40,615 bases of DNA from a virus (Duplodnaviria; Caudoviricetes), in the IMG/VR virus record IMGVR_UViG_3300035109_000021, positions 1 to 40,615 of that record; one strand, 5' to 3'. Made by a program: the position numbers and the translations under genes. Positions 1-9,031 of this stretch are shown piece by piece (positions within the stretch are counted from its first letter, which is position 1; every line of letters begins with the position of its first letter). The notes beneath the pieces were generated by a model. The model made no database searches and was not told where the DNA came from. It was given only the letters and a program-made list of their open reading frames with translations.

Positions 1-45
1 TCGGCCCTGATGCGGCATGAGAAGCCCGACGGCGCGCCGTCCCGC

Positions 46-122
46 AGGAGTGTAGCTCAATCGGCTAGAGCACCGGTCTCCAAAACCGGGGGTTGGGGGT
101 TCGAGTCCCTCCACTCCTGCCA
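46..122 (+). tRNA. trnW: tRNA-Trp (anticodon CCA), probable prophage integration site
   Basis: Cloverleaf: AGGAGTG/CACTCCT acceptor stem, TAGCTCAA..GG D-arm, CCGGT-CTCCAAA-ACCGG anticodon arm, GTTCGAGTC T-loop, encoded 3' CCA. Confidence 0.97.
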
Positions 123-145
123 GCGCAAAAAATCAAGCAATAAAA

Positions 146-1273
146 TCAGTCGGTTCCGTCCAGTGGGACCGCATCCGTCCCACAAAGTGGGACATTCTGT
201 TCGCATGCCGTTTCCCCGATGAGCCGGACGGCGCCCGCGGCGAGGCGCTTGTTGTTCGCCCGGCGGACATAGGTCGAGGCCTGCCCGAGCGTCGTCCAGC
301 CATAGAGCGCCATGAGCTGGCGCTCGCTCGCGCCGCCGTCCGCGGCGATAGTCGCCCCGGCCTTGCGCAGCCCATGGGCGCTGCAATGGGGCAGGCCAGC
401 CTCGGCGCATTTCTCCCCGAACCAATTGCCGAAGCCGGCGGCCGAGAAAGGCGCGCCATATTCAGTCAGCAAAAACGTCAAGTTCCCCGCCGGTCCGGCG
501 TCGATCGCCGTCCGGAGCGGCTCGACGATCTCGACGAAGACCGGATCGGACCTGTTGCGCTTCGTCTTCTCCGGTATCCATGCGATGACGCCATTGCGGA
601 TATGCTGGCGGCCGAGCGTCACCACATCGCCGCGCCGGGCGCCAGTAAAGAGCAATAGCGCATAGGCGAGCCGCGGCTTGGTCCCAAGGGGCCAGCGCTT
701 TTCGAACTGCCCTCGCTCCTCGTCGGACCAGCTATGGAAGCCGTCCGAGGCGTAGCGCAGCGATTCGACGCCGACGACGGGATTGTCCGTCCAGCGCTTC
801 GACTTCACCGCCCAAGAGAACATCGCGCCGAGATATTTGAGGCGATTATTGGCGGCTCCGGGCGTCTCGAGCTTGCGGTCCCGCAACGTCTCGACATGGC
901 GGGAGCGGAAAGCGGAAAGCGGGCAGTCGCCCATGATCTGCCGCGCGCCAGGCGCGACCGGCTCGGCGAAGCACGCCTCGAGGATATTCCGCCGCAGCCG
1001 TTGCGAGCGCCCGTCGAGCTGGCGGAAGCCGCCACTCGCGAAATAGTCCCGGCCGAGCCATTCGAGCGAGCCGGCACGAATCGTCTTGCGCTCCGCCGTC
1101 GCGCCCTGCCCGGCCTCCAGCTCCGCCCGCGCCGCGTGATAGGCGGCGATGAATTCCGGGCTCGACGGCTCGCCGCGGATGCGCCGCTTGCGGCCGTTGA
1201 TGCGGACATAATAGCGGTCCGTGCCGTAGCGGTCGGTATCTTTTACGAGATATTTGAAATCGATAGACGCCAT
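146..1273 (-). CDS. int: Tyrosine recombinase / phage integrase (may start at 1330, coupled to xis)
   Basis: Catalytic motifs TGARRGD, HGLRK, YGWT, STYVR; N-terminal arm-binding-like DRYGTDRYYVR; converges on the tRNA. Confidence 0.95.
   Translation of the reverse strand: MASIDFKYLVKDTDRYGTDRYYVRINGRKRRIRGEPSSPEFIAAYHAARAELEAGQGATAERKTIRAGSLEWLGRDYFASGGFRQLDGRSQRLRRNILEACFAEPVAPGARQIMGDCPLSAFRSRHVETLRDRKLETPGAANNRLKYLGAMFSWAVKSKRWTDNPVVGVESLRYASDGFHSWSDEERGQFEKRWPLGTKPRLAYALLLFTGARRGDVVTLGRQHIRNGVIAWIPEKTKRNRSDPVFVEIVEPLRTAIDAGPAGNLTFLLTEYGAPFSAAGFGNWFGEKCAEAGLPHCSAHGLRKAGATIAADGGASERQLMALYGWTTLGQASTYVRRANNKRLAAGAVRLIGETACEQNVPLCGTDAVPLDGTD
163..193. repeat. GTGGGAC repeats (163-169 direct, 177-183 inverted, 187-193 direct); candidate integrase arm sites
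   Basis: Three copies next to att, plus an IHF-like AATCAAGCAATAA at 131-143. Confidence 0.45.
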
Positions 1274-1326
1274 ATCGCACGCGCCGGGAGCGGGGCGCGC
1301 GGGGCCTTTCGGGCGGCTCGCGCGCG

Positions 1327-1605
1327 TCATGGGGCCGTCTCGCTCCAATCGAAGGCCTCGTCCGCAGTCTCGCCCGGATCGGCCGCCTCCCGCAAGCCTC
1401 GCCGGGGAAGCGTGCGGAAGGCCGTCCGCAGCTCGTCCGCCTCCCAAAGCGAGCGCGAGCCGAGCTGGCGCGGCTGCGGCATGTCACCCCGCCGCACGGC
1501 GCCGAGGAACGTGTTGCAGCTCACGCCGAGATAGGCCGCCGATTCCTCCGCCGAGAGGCCGATCGGCTCGCGCTGTGCGGCGAGAAGGTGGCGGGCGCGG
1601 GTCAT
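1327..1605 (-). CDS. xis: Excisionase / AlpA-like HTH protein
   Basis: LSAEESAAYLGVS..F...VRRGDMPQPRQLGSRSLW motif directly upstream of int. Confidence 0.85.
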   Translation of the reverse strand: MTRARHLLAAQREPIGLSAEESAAYLGVSCNTFLGAVRRGDMPQPRQLGSRSLWEADELRTAFRTLPRRGLREAADPGETADEAFDWSETAP

Positions 1606-2135
1606 GGGAACGGCTCCAAGGGCTGATCGCCTCGAACGTAGAGCGGATGGCGCGGGCTCCCGTCCCGCGTCTTACCGAGGCAGACGAGCCGCGCGCCGCG
1701 GCTGCGCATCGCCTCGATTGTAAAAGAGCCGCGGCCTCTAGCATCTGCGCCCCATGCGCAAACGATCGGCGCGCCCGTATCTTTCGCCAATTCGGCGGCC
1801 TCGACGATCGCGCGTTCCGCCTCCACGCCTCCGATGCGATCTTCCGCTTTCCATAGGGCGGCCGGGCTCGGCGTGCGCAGCGCAAATAGATTGGCGATAT
1901 GGATTCCGCCATAGCCTTCGCGCCGGGCGAAGGACATGCAGCGGCGCACGGTTGGATCGTCAAATTCCGAATCTGCCGTGCTCGGATTGAGCATGACGAA
2001 GGCGAGCGAAATTTTCGAAACGTCCCAAGTGCGCGACAGTCGATAGCGATAGCGCCCGCAAGGCGACAGGCTCGCGCGCTTGATGAGCGGCTCGGTGAAC
2101 AGATCTGCGCGTGCGTCGTCTCGGCGGCGCGTCAT
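1602..2135 (-). CDS. DUF1643 domain protein
   Basis: SPCGRYRYRLSRTW, FVMLNPSTAD..DDPTVRRC, NLFALR, CAWG, PRHPLY motifs. Confidence 0.9.
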   Translation of the reverse strand: MTRRRDDARADLFTEPLIKRASLSPCGRYRYRLSRTWDVSKISLAFVMLNPSTADSEFDDPTVRRCMSFARREGYGGIHIANLFALRTPSPAALWKAEDRIGGVEAERAIVEAAELAKDTGAPIVCAWGADARGRGSFTIEAMRSRGARLVCLGKTRDGSPRHPLYVRGDQPLEPFP

Positions 2136-2584
2136 GACTGAACCTGTTCGAACGTCCTCGAGGCGGCGACGAAGCGCCAAGGGCCGGTGTCGACATAGGT
2201 GTAGAAGCTCGCTTCATAGTCGCCCTCCCCAGCATCGTTTTCGCGAAGTAGCGAAACCATCTCGTCGATGCAGGTCGCCAGCGTGTCGCTCTGCCAGCCG
2301 TCGCTAATGCAGCACTGCTCGAAATCGGCCGGCGGCTCCTGGGCGAAGGAATGGCCGTCTTCCGTGAGCGTCATCTCGATCGTGTCGAAGGTGTCGCAGC
2401 GAAAGAAACGCACGATCTGGCCGTCCGTCAGAGGGGACGCGCCTTCGCCGTTGAAGCGGTCGCCCGCAAGATGCGGCGCGCCGTCAATCTCCACGATCCA
2501 TGCGCTCGCCGAAACGCGGCCCGCTGGCATGCATTCGTCGAGATAGCATTCGGGGTACCATTTCGAGTCGATCGGAGCGGTCAT
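2132..2584 (-). CDS. Hypothetical protein
   Basis: 150-aa acidic ORF with ATGA overlaps at both ends inside the operon. Confidence 0.75.
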   Translation of the reverse strand: MTAPIDSKWYPECYLDECMPAGRVSASAWIVEIDGAPHLAGDRFNGEGASPLTDGQIVRFFRCDTFDTIEMTLTEDGHSFAQEPPADFEQCCISDGWQSDTLATCIDEMVSLLRENDAGEGDYEASFYTYVDTGPWRFVAASRTFEQVQS

Positions 2585-3783
2585 GGTTGCGCCCTTCTCC
2601 TAGTTCCGTTGTGCTCTCGGCCGTCGAGCAAGCGCCCGGCGCGGCGCTTGCCGACGCGGAGCGAAGACGAGCCATCGGAATGATGCTCGCACGCGGCGAG
2701 ACAATCGACGCCGAGCTTCGTCGCGCCGACGAAGGTAAGCGGCCCGGCCGAAACGCGCTCCGGCGCGACCAAGGCGAGGAACTGATCCGCGTCGATCCAT
2801 TCGCCCCATTGCTTGAAGTCGAAGGCGACGCCTGCCACCGCGCATTGATCGCGAAGGGAGCGAAAGAGAGAGATCGGCGTCGACCGCGCGCCTGGGCCGC
2901 TCTCGCCGCCGGCGATGACGAGGTCGAGGCGCGGGAACGGGCGCGGGAATCGGATCGCGAAGCCGCCCATGTGATCGGGCGTCTGATAGTAGATCGTGGC
3001 TTGGCGAGCGCCGTCGAGCGAGTCAATTTGTATCCCGGAAATCGTATTCGGCCGAACATCGCGCTCGTGATAGGCCACGACATCCGGTAGCGCTGCGCGC
3101 ACAATGTCGAGCGTCCCGAGCCGACTCAAATTCAGCTCGCCGAGCAACGGTTCGGCACTCACAAAGCGAAAGGCCGCCGGCGTCGCGAGCAAATCCGGAA
3201 TGCGCTCGTCGGCGCGCCGCTGATCTTCAACCGTCACGCCGATCCAAATTCCTGGCGGCGGATTATCGGCGCCATATTCACCGAGCGTCGCGCGCGCGTC
3301 GTCTCGCCTGCGGGCGAGCGCATCTGTGCGCTCTAGGATGTGAGCTCCGGCCTCGGCGTTGACCTGTTCCCAAAATTCGGGGTCGCTCAAGACTTCGCGC
3401 ATGCGCTCGGCGCGCTTCGTCAGCACTTGAAAGACGTGGCCGCGAAGGTGATGCGCCGCGACCATGACGGCGAAAATCGTCGCGATCTCGGATATGGGCA
3501 AAGCCGCGTGAAAAAGATCGCCATGCGCCGCGACGAAAATCTCGCGCGCTCGCGCCCATTGAAAGGGAAGCTCGATCCATTCCCAATTGACGCGGACCTC
3601 GCCCGTCCACACAGGCTTGCCGTTGACCTCGCGCGTGAGGCCTTGCCGCGACGGATGATTTTTCATGCGCGTCCCGGCGAGGCGCATCGCGTAGCAATTC
3701 GTGCAAGCCGGAGAGACGAGGCTGCAACCCGTCACGATATTCCAGGTCGCATCCGTCCATTCGATGGCGCTCTTCTCAGCCAT
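2581..3783 (-). CDS. Phage Gp37/Gp68 (DUF5131) radical-SAM-like protein
   Basis: IEWTDATWN..GC...SPACTNCYA, GDLFH, QVLTKR, WIGVTVEDQ, SAEPLLG, GGESG, FKQWG. Confidence 0.92.
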   Translation of the reverse strand: MAEKSAIEWTDATWNIVTGCSLVSPACTNCYAMRLAGTRMKNHPSRQGLTREVNGKPVWTGEVRVNWEWIELPFQWARAREIFVAAHGDLFHAALPISEIATIFAVMVAAHHLRGHVFQVLTKRAERMREVLSDPEFWEQVNAEAGAHILERTDALARRRDDARATLGEYGADNPPPGIWIGVTVEDQRRADERIPDLLATPAAFRFVSAEPLLGELNLSRLGTLDIVRAALPDVVAYHERDVRPNTISGIQIDSLDGARQATIYYQTPDHMGGFAIRFPRPFPRLDLVIAGGESGPGARSTPISLFRSLRDQCAVAGVAFDFKQWGEWIDADQFLALVAPERVSAGPLTFVGATKLGVDCLAACEHHSDGSSSLRVGKRRAGRLLDGREHNGTRRRAQP

Positions 3784-4279
3784 GCGCCCTCGCGATCTCG
3801 CCGTCGAAGCGTGCGCACCATACGGCGTAGGGCTGCATATCTTCGCGCTCGTCGAAACGAGTCATGATGACGACGAGCGCGCGTCGGCCTTGCGCGAGAA
3901 GCGCTTCGGGCGAGCTATCCGACCAATCGAGTTCCCGCGCGAGAAGAGAGGCGGCAAGCGTCGCGTCTTCGGACGAATTGAATATCGCCACTCGGTAGCC
4001 ATTCGGCAGATAGGTTAGAACTGCGCAATAGATCGTTTTGCCGCAATCGGGGAACTCGCAATAGCGCTCGTCGATCGCAAAGCTTCCTTTCGTCCATCCC
4101 CATACAGCAGCGCGGCCTTCGGGAACCAAGAAAGAGAAAAAGGATGGCGTCCATCCCTCGCCGAGATCGAAAGCGCCCGGCGGGGCTGGCCCCGCGCCGG
4201 GGTTGATGACGAGCGCGAATTCATGCGGCTCGATTGGGCGAAAGAACGGCGGCTCGGAAATGAGAGGAAGCTCGGTCAT
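3776..4279 (-). CDS. Hypothetical protein
   Basis: ORF (MTELPLISEPP...) filling the gap between ParB and Gp37/Gp68. Confidence 0.7.
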   Translation of the reverse strand: MTELPLISEPPFFRPIEPHEFALVINPGAGPAPPGAFDLGEGWTPSFFSFLVPEGRAAVWGWTKGSFAIDERYCEFPDCGKTIYCAVLTYLPNGYRVAIFNSSEDATLAASLLARELDWSDSSPEALLAQGRRALVVIMTRFDEREDMQPYAVWCARFDGEIARAHG

Positions 4280-4284
4280 GCCCG

Positions 4285-6597
4285 TCACTCCGCCGCCTTG
4301 CGCGCTTCGCTGTCCTCGCGAATGGCGAGGCCGATGAGATATGAGACGCCCTTGATGCGCTTCTGTGTGATCCCGAGATCGGCGAGCGGCCCGTCCTGCT
4401 CGCCCGTGGCCAACAGATAGTCCGGGTCGAGGTTTTCGCCGAAGTCCCACATGGCGTCCCGGAAATCCGAAAGGGTGATTTTCGACGCCTCGTCGCGATA
4501 GCAGCGCATCGCGAGAAACTGCGCCATAATCGGAAGATCACGCTGGCCAATGCAAACAGTCTCGACCTCCTTCGTCCATTCGCTTTGCGCAATATCGATC
4601 GTATTCGGCTTCGCCTCTCCCGCTGCCTCGCCGGCGTTCTCGTCGGTTTCTGTGGCGTCTGCGTCGCCGGCTGTCTCGCGGGTGGCGCGGCGCGCGTCGA
4701 AGACCTCGGCGGCCGCGTCATCGTCCAGCTCTTTCTCATCCGCCTCGATCGCCTCGACCATGGCTTGCGCCGTCGAGCGCGTGTCTTCCGCCTCCCGCGC
4801 GCAAAGCGATTCCAGCGCCTCGGGAAGCCATTTGCGGTCCTTGGCGAGGATGGCCGCGCGCTCGACGATCTTCGGCTTGCGCAGCTTGGCGGCGTCCAGC
4901 GCGGCGGCCTCGCCGTCGATCGCGCGGATCGCGTCGAGCGCGTCCTCTCGCGAGAGGGCTTGGAACAGCGCCTTATAGTCGAGCGCCTCGGCGACGTCAT
5001 TGCGCACGGCGCCCATGCGCGTCGCGAGCGAGAGGAAATTCTGCGTCTGCGCCGGCTTCACATCGTCGAAGCAGATCGTGCGCGCCACCAGCTCGGCGAA
5101 AGCGGCCGTGAGATCGATGAGCGAGATCGGCGCGACGATGGCGAGCGCGGTGAGAAAATGCGAGGGCGCGAGCCGCTGTAGCAGATCGTGACGCGGCGGC
5201 GCGTCCGGTTCGTCGAAGGTGGTGCGCAGCCCGACGCCGATGCAGCCATGCGAACAGCCGAGCGCGGCCGTGGCGAACGCCAGCGCCAAATAGGGATTGC
5301 GCGCCGTCGCGCTGGCGAGGCCGGCGCCGAGCGCATCGCGGAAGATTTCTTCCGCCTCCTTGCCGCCGGGCGCGGGCGGGATCGCCGGCGGCTCCGGCTC
5401 GCCACGCTCGCGCGTCTTGGCGGCTTTGCCGCCGGCCTGGACGATCTCGCCGATGGTGGGATCACGCGCCGCCGTGCCGGCCAACATCTCCTCCACCTCA
5501 TCCGGCCAAGCCTGGGGCACGGCGCGGATGATCTCGAGCTGGCCTTGGCCGTCCAGCTCGGCGCGCACGCCGAGCGCGGCGCGCTGCTTCTTCGGGACGG
5601 CGCGTAGGAAAGCACGAATGTCGATCTCATCGACTTCCTTATCGAGCGCGAGCCGGCGATCTCCATCCGTGCATTCGCGGCATTCCGCGCGAATGACCTC
5701 GATGCGGCGTTCTTCCTTGGCCGTATAGTCCGGCTCGACCTCGATCGGATCGGGATCGGCGCCGCCGGCGATCTCGGCGCGGCCCCAGCCCTCTTGCTGC
5801 ATGATCTCTTCGGCGGCCTCCAGCAAAGAGCCGTCGACGTAATTCTTCGCGATCGTGCGGTCGAGCAAGATCGTCTCTTCCGAAAACAGACTCTCTTCGA
5901 TGCGTCCGCCCAAAAGCTCATAGCTTGCGCGGCGCGCCGGCTCGGCGAGGATGAATTTCGCGAGCGGCTCATGCGCGCCGACGCCCTCGCGCCGCAGCGC
6001 CTTGCGAACGAAATAGAGCTGCGGCGCGTCGCCGCAGCTATCGAGCGCGGCGTCCTGCGCTTCGATCGTTCCCGCCGTGAAAACCTCGGCGAGATCGCGG
6101 CTGATCGTGCCTTCGCGCCAGAGCGCGCGCACGCGCGGGCTCAATCGGCCGAGCGCGAGGCGCTGCTTCACATGGCGCTCGGTCAAAGCGAAGTCGCGCG
6201 CGATCGTCGGAATATCGAAGCCGGACTTTTCGAGATCGGCGAAGGCCTCGAACTCTTCGACCGGATGCAAGGGTTTTTGCGTCACGGCTTCGGCGAGCGC
6301 CGCCTCGCGCGCCTCGGCCTCGGACCCTTTGAAGATATGGACGCGGACAAAGGGCGAGTCCAAATCCTCCGAATCGAGCAAGCGCAGCGCGCGCCAGCGG
6401 CGCCCGCCGGCGAGAACGGAGAATTCCCCGGGCTCGTCGCCGGGAAGCGCATGGACAAGTATCGGATGCAACAGCCCGCGCGCGCGGATCGTCGCCGCGA
6501 GCGTCGAGACGTCGCTCGTCATGTCCTGGCGCGGATTGAGCGGCGACAGGCGCGTGATGAGGGCCAGCGGCAGCTCTTCGTCTATGATCTCGCTCAT
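4285..6597 (-). CDS. Long ParB/RepB/Spo0J-family protein with C-terminal winged-helix-like extension
   Basis: LAATIRARGLLHPILV, VLAGGRRWRAL, LHPVEEFEAF, HTH IARDFALTERHVKQRLAL. Confidence 0.88.
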   Translation of the reverse strand: MSEIIDEELPLALITRLSPLNPRQDMTSDVSTLAATIRARGLLHPILVHALPGDEPGEFSVLAGGRRWRALRLLDSEDLDSPFVRVHIFKGSEAEAREAALAEAVTQKPLHPVEEFEAFADLEKSGFDIPTIARDFALTERHVKQRLALGRLSPRVRALWREGTISRDLAEVFTAGTIEAQDAALDSCGDAPQLYFVRKALRREGVGAHEPLAKFILAEPARRASYELLGGRIEESLFSEETILLDRTIAKNYVDGSLLEAAEEIMQQEGWGRAEIAGGADPDPIEVEPDYTAKEERRIEVIRAECRECTDGDRRLALDKEVDEIDIRAFLRAVPKKQRAALGVRAELDGQGQLEIIRAVPQAWPDEVEEMLAGTAARDPTIGEIVQAGGKAAKTRERGEPEPPAIPPAPGGKEAEEIFRDALGAGLASATARNPYLALAFATAALGCSHGCIGVGLRTTFDEPDAPPRHDLLQRLAPSHFLTALAIVAPISLIDLTAAFAELVARTICFDDVKPAQTQNFLSLATRMGAVRNDVAEALDYKALFQALSREDALDAIRAIDGEAAALDAAKLRKPKIVERAAILAKDRKWLPEALESLCAREAEDTRSTAQAMVEAIEADEKELDDDAAAEVFDARRATRETAGDADATETDENAGEAAGEAKPNTIDIAQSEWTKEVETVCIGQRDLPIMAQFLAMRCYRDEASKITLSDFRDAMWDFGENLDPDYLLATGEQDGPLADLGITQKRIKGVSYLIGLAIREDSEARKAAE

Positions 6598-6833
6598 CGG
6601 CTCACCTTTTCCAAAAACGAGAGGCGCGGAAGGGAAATGGCCACGGTCGGCGTGCCGTCGTAGCAGCGGCTGGCGAAGCGCGCGTCGGGGCGCTCCGTCG
6701 TGATTTTCTGAATTTCCGGCACGGGGCGCGTTGCGCAGGAAATCTTGGCGCGGCGACCCGCGGGGCTGGCGTCGGCGAGGCGCTGGCGGGGGCTGGACGC
6801 AATGGGCGGCTTGGTGAAATCATTCGGGCTCAT
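6594..6833 (-). CDS. Small hypothetical protein
   Basis: Overlap-coupled ORF ending in ISLPRLSFLE. Confidence 0.55.
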   Translation of the reverse strand: MSPNDFTKPPIASSPRQRLADASPAGRRAKISCATRPVPEIQKITTERPDARFASRCYDGTPTVAISLPRLSFLEKVSR

Positions 6834-7111
6834 GCGGCGCTCCTCTGCTCGATAGCGGCCTGCGGCTGCGGCGCGAGGGCCTCCTCCGGATGTCCGAGGG
6901 CGAGCGCATCGGCGAGCCCGAAAGCGCGGGCGTGGCGCGCCAAATGGCGGATGCGCGGCGCGAGGCGAATGGCGCCGCGAAGCGATAGCGTGTGATCGGC
7001 GATGAGATGGCGGAGCAGCTGCGGCTCGTCGGCGAGGTCCAGCGTCGCGGGGATCGACGCGACGGCGCAGCGGATGGCGATGCAATCGGAATCGGGGGCA
7101 ATGTCGCGCAT
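6830..7111 (-). CDS. Hypothetical protein
   Basis: 93-aa ORF, operon-coupled. Confidence 0.6.
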   Translation of the reverse strand: MRDIAPDSDCIAIRCAVASIPATLDLADEPQLLRHLIADHTLSLRGAIRLAPRIRHLARHARAFGLADALALGHPEEALAPQPQAAIEQRSAA

Positions 7112-7124
7112 GGCGAGCCTCGGG

Positions 7125-7604
7125 TCAGAAAGGCAAATGGTCGCGAAGCGACGTCGTGACGTGCCGATGATCGCTCCGAGCGCGCTCGAGTTGCGCGAGC
7201 TTGCCGAACTGGATCATCATCTCGATGGCGGCGAGCTGAATATCGGCGCAATGGCGCTGGTAATTGTCGATCGTCGCGCGATGCGTCGCGGCTTGGCGCT
7301 GCGCCTCCTCGGTTGCGGCTTGGGCGAGCGCGAGATCATGCGAGAACTTGGCCTCGCGCTTGAGGGCGGCGTCGAGCTCGGCGCGAGCGTCGGTCTCGGT
7401 CTGCGCGGCTTCCGCATTGGCGGCGCGGCGCTCCCCTATCTCCGCCGCCCAAGCGGCGCGCTCGGCCTCGCGCTCGACGCGGCGCGTCTCCATCTCTTCG
7501 GCGAAGACAGAGAGGATGTTGAGTCCATTGTTATGCTTGTCGCGCAGTTCGGGGCGCAGCTGCTCGAGAAGCGCTTCGTATAGCCCGGCGTCGACTCCTG
7601 TCAT
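7125..7604 (-). CDS. Coiled-coil hypothetical protein
   Basis: E/A/R-rich heptad composition. Confidence 0.7.
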   Translation of the reverse strand: MTGVDAGLYEALLEQLRPELRDKHNNGLNILSVFAEEMETRRVEREAERAAWAAEIGERRAANAEAAQTETDARAELDAALKREAKFSHDLALAQAATEEAQRQAATHRATIDNYQRHCADIQLAAIEMMIQFGKLAQLERARSDHRHVTTSLRDHLPF

Positions 7605-8056
7605 CGCAGCACCCCGTCGGTCACGGCCATGACGTCGCCGGAACGCAAGGCGTCGGCGTGCTCGAGGCTGTTGGCGATGTTGCGGGATTTGGCGGAGGCG
7701 CGGAGGCTCGAGCCATTGGCGTGGTTGGAGATCGCCGTCTCGACGATGACCGCGCGCAAAAGCTCGGCCTCCTGCTCGGCGTTGCAGGTCTCCGCATATG
7801 CGCGAGCGAGACGACGGGCCAGGTCTGCGTTATCGCGGATCGCCACGGCGAGCGAGGCCTCCAACGCCGCGATGCGAGCGGCCTGCGCCTGCATGCTGGT
7901 CTCGGCGAGCGAGCGCTCCGCCGTGTCGAGCGCCTCCGCCATTTTCGCGACGCGACGGCTGCGCGCCGATGCGCCGGATTTTCGGCGCTTCGTCGCGCGG
8001 CGCGCCGGGGCCGCTACGGTTTCGGGCGGGGATTTTGGCTTGGGCAGTCTCGACAT
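7601..8056 (-). CDS. Hypothetical protein, first gene of the leftward early operon
   Basis: Basic N-terminus plus coiled coil; follows the PL-like promoter. Confidence 0.6.
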   Translation of the reverse strand: MSRLPKPKSPPETVAAPARRATKRRKSGASARSRRVAKMAEALDTAERSLAETSMQAQAARIAALEASLAVAIRDNADLARRLARAYAETCNAEQEAELLRAVIVETAISNHANGSSLRASAKSRNIANSLEHADALRSGDVMAVTDGVLR

Positions 8057-8096
8057 TTTGCGGCTCCATCGCGAAGCGGGGGCGTGGCGATGGGGG

Positions 8097-8138
8097 AGAA
8101 TCGGACGATTTGTCCAATGCGTCAAGGACAATTTGTCC
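8097..8138 (-). promoter_or_regulatory. PL-like promoter with two operators (8103-8115, 8126-8138)
   Basis: Minus strand reads GGACAAATTGTCC-TTGACG-catt-GGACAAATCGTCC-GATTCT (-35 and -10 spaced 17 bp). Confidence 0.75.
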
Positions 8139-8266
8139 AATTAAAAAACGTCTCGAATTATCCGAACTGGCCAATTCCTGCGAATCGCCCCGTTGGCTTC
8201 GGAGAACGGCCGTGTTTAAGCTTTTGGAATAGGTAGTTCGCGCTTCACGCGCAAAAGAGGTTTGGG

Positions 8267-8599
8267 ATGCGCCGTTACGGAGTTCTATTATTGATTGGGG
8301 CGCTGAGCGCATGCGCGAAGGGCGCCGATAAGGTTCTACCGTCCCCGGTTCCGACCGCCGAATTCGAGCATGCGGCATGTCCGCAGCTCGCCGCGGCGCG
8401 CATCCGGAACATGGAAACCCTGACGGCTCTATCGATGGCCCAGGATCGGGCGTCCTCGAACGACACCTTGGGAGTGATTTTCACCGGGCTGCCGCTCGCG
8501 TCGATGACAGGAGCGGATAGAGAGGCCGAGCTCTCTGTCGCAAAAGGACGAGACCTCGCGCTGCAATCACAAATGGCCGCAAAAAATTGCCCGATGTGA
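8267..8599 (+). CDS. Lipoprotein (moron, possible superinfection exclusion)
   Basis: Signal peptide MRRYGVLLLIGALSA-C with a lipobox. Confidence 0.8.
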   Translation: MRRYGVLLLIGALSACAKGADKVLPSPVPTAEFEHAACPQLAAARIRNMETLTALSMAQDRASSNDTLGVIFTGLPLASMTGADREAELSVAKGRDLALQSQMAAKNCPM

Positions 8600-8613
8600 A
8601 AGGTGGAGTAACG

Positions 8614-9000
8614 ATGAGAACAATATATTTTTTGGCCGCTACAATGGGCCTATCTGCGGCTTACAGCGGTCCAGCCGATGCACGGTCTCCAACAGAACAG
8701 GAGAAAAAAGTAATATCTGAAGCGGTCTCGCGTCAGCTAAAGGACCCCTATGCCGCAAAGTTTGTATTTCCGGCGCTTCCTATCCTCAAGGATGGAGGAA
8801 TGCCATTCTATTGCGGGCTGGTAAATTCTAAGAACTCTTATGGGGCCTATGTTGGCGAAACGCCCTTCGGAGTTGCTCTGGTTGTCAGAAAGGGAAATAT
8901 TGTGGGAGCAATTCCGATTGGGGATCTCGGCAACCCCAGTTCGTCAACGACGGAAGCCACAATGCGCCAATGCGCGGCCGAGGGACGGCCATTGCGCTGA
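8614..9000 (+). CDS. Exported protein, LKDPxSA...CGxVNxKNSYGxYVG-type family
   Basis: GGAG RBS, signal peptide ending ADA, lower GC. Confidence 0.8.
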   Translation: MRTIYFLAATMGLSAAYSGPADARSPTEQEKKVISEAVSRQLKDPYAAKFVFPALPILKDGGMPFYCGLVNSKNSYGAYVGETPFGVALVVRKGNIVGAIPIGDLGNPSSSTTEATMRQCAAEGRPLR

Positions 9001-9007
9001 CCGGGAT

Positions 9008-9025
9008 GCCCGATCGAACTCGGGC
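9008..9025. terminator. Hairpin between convergent genes
   Basis: GCCCGA-tcgaac-TCGGGC. Confidence 0.4.
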
Positions 9026-9031
9026 TAAGCC

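Noticed and set aside
10-222. 70-aa plus-strand ORF
   Set aside because: Spurious; it overlaps the tRNA
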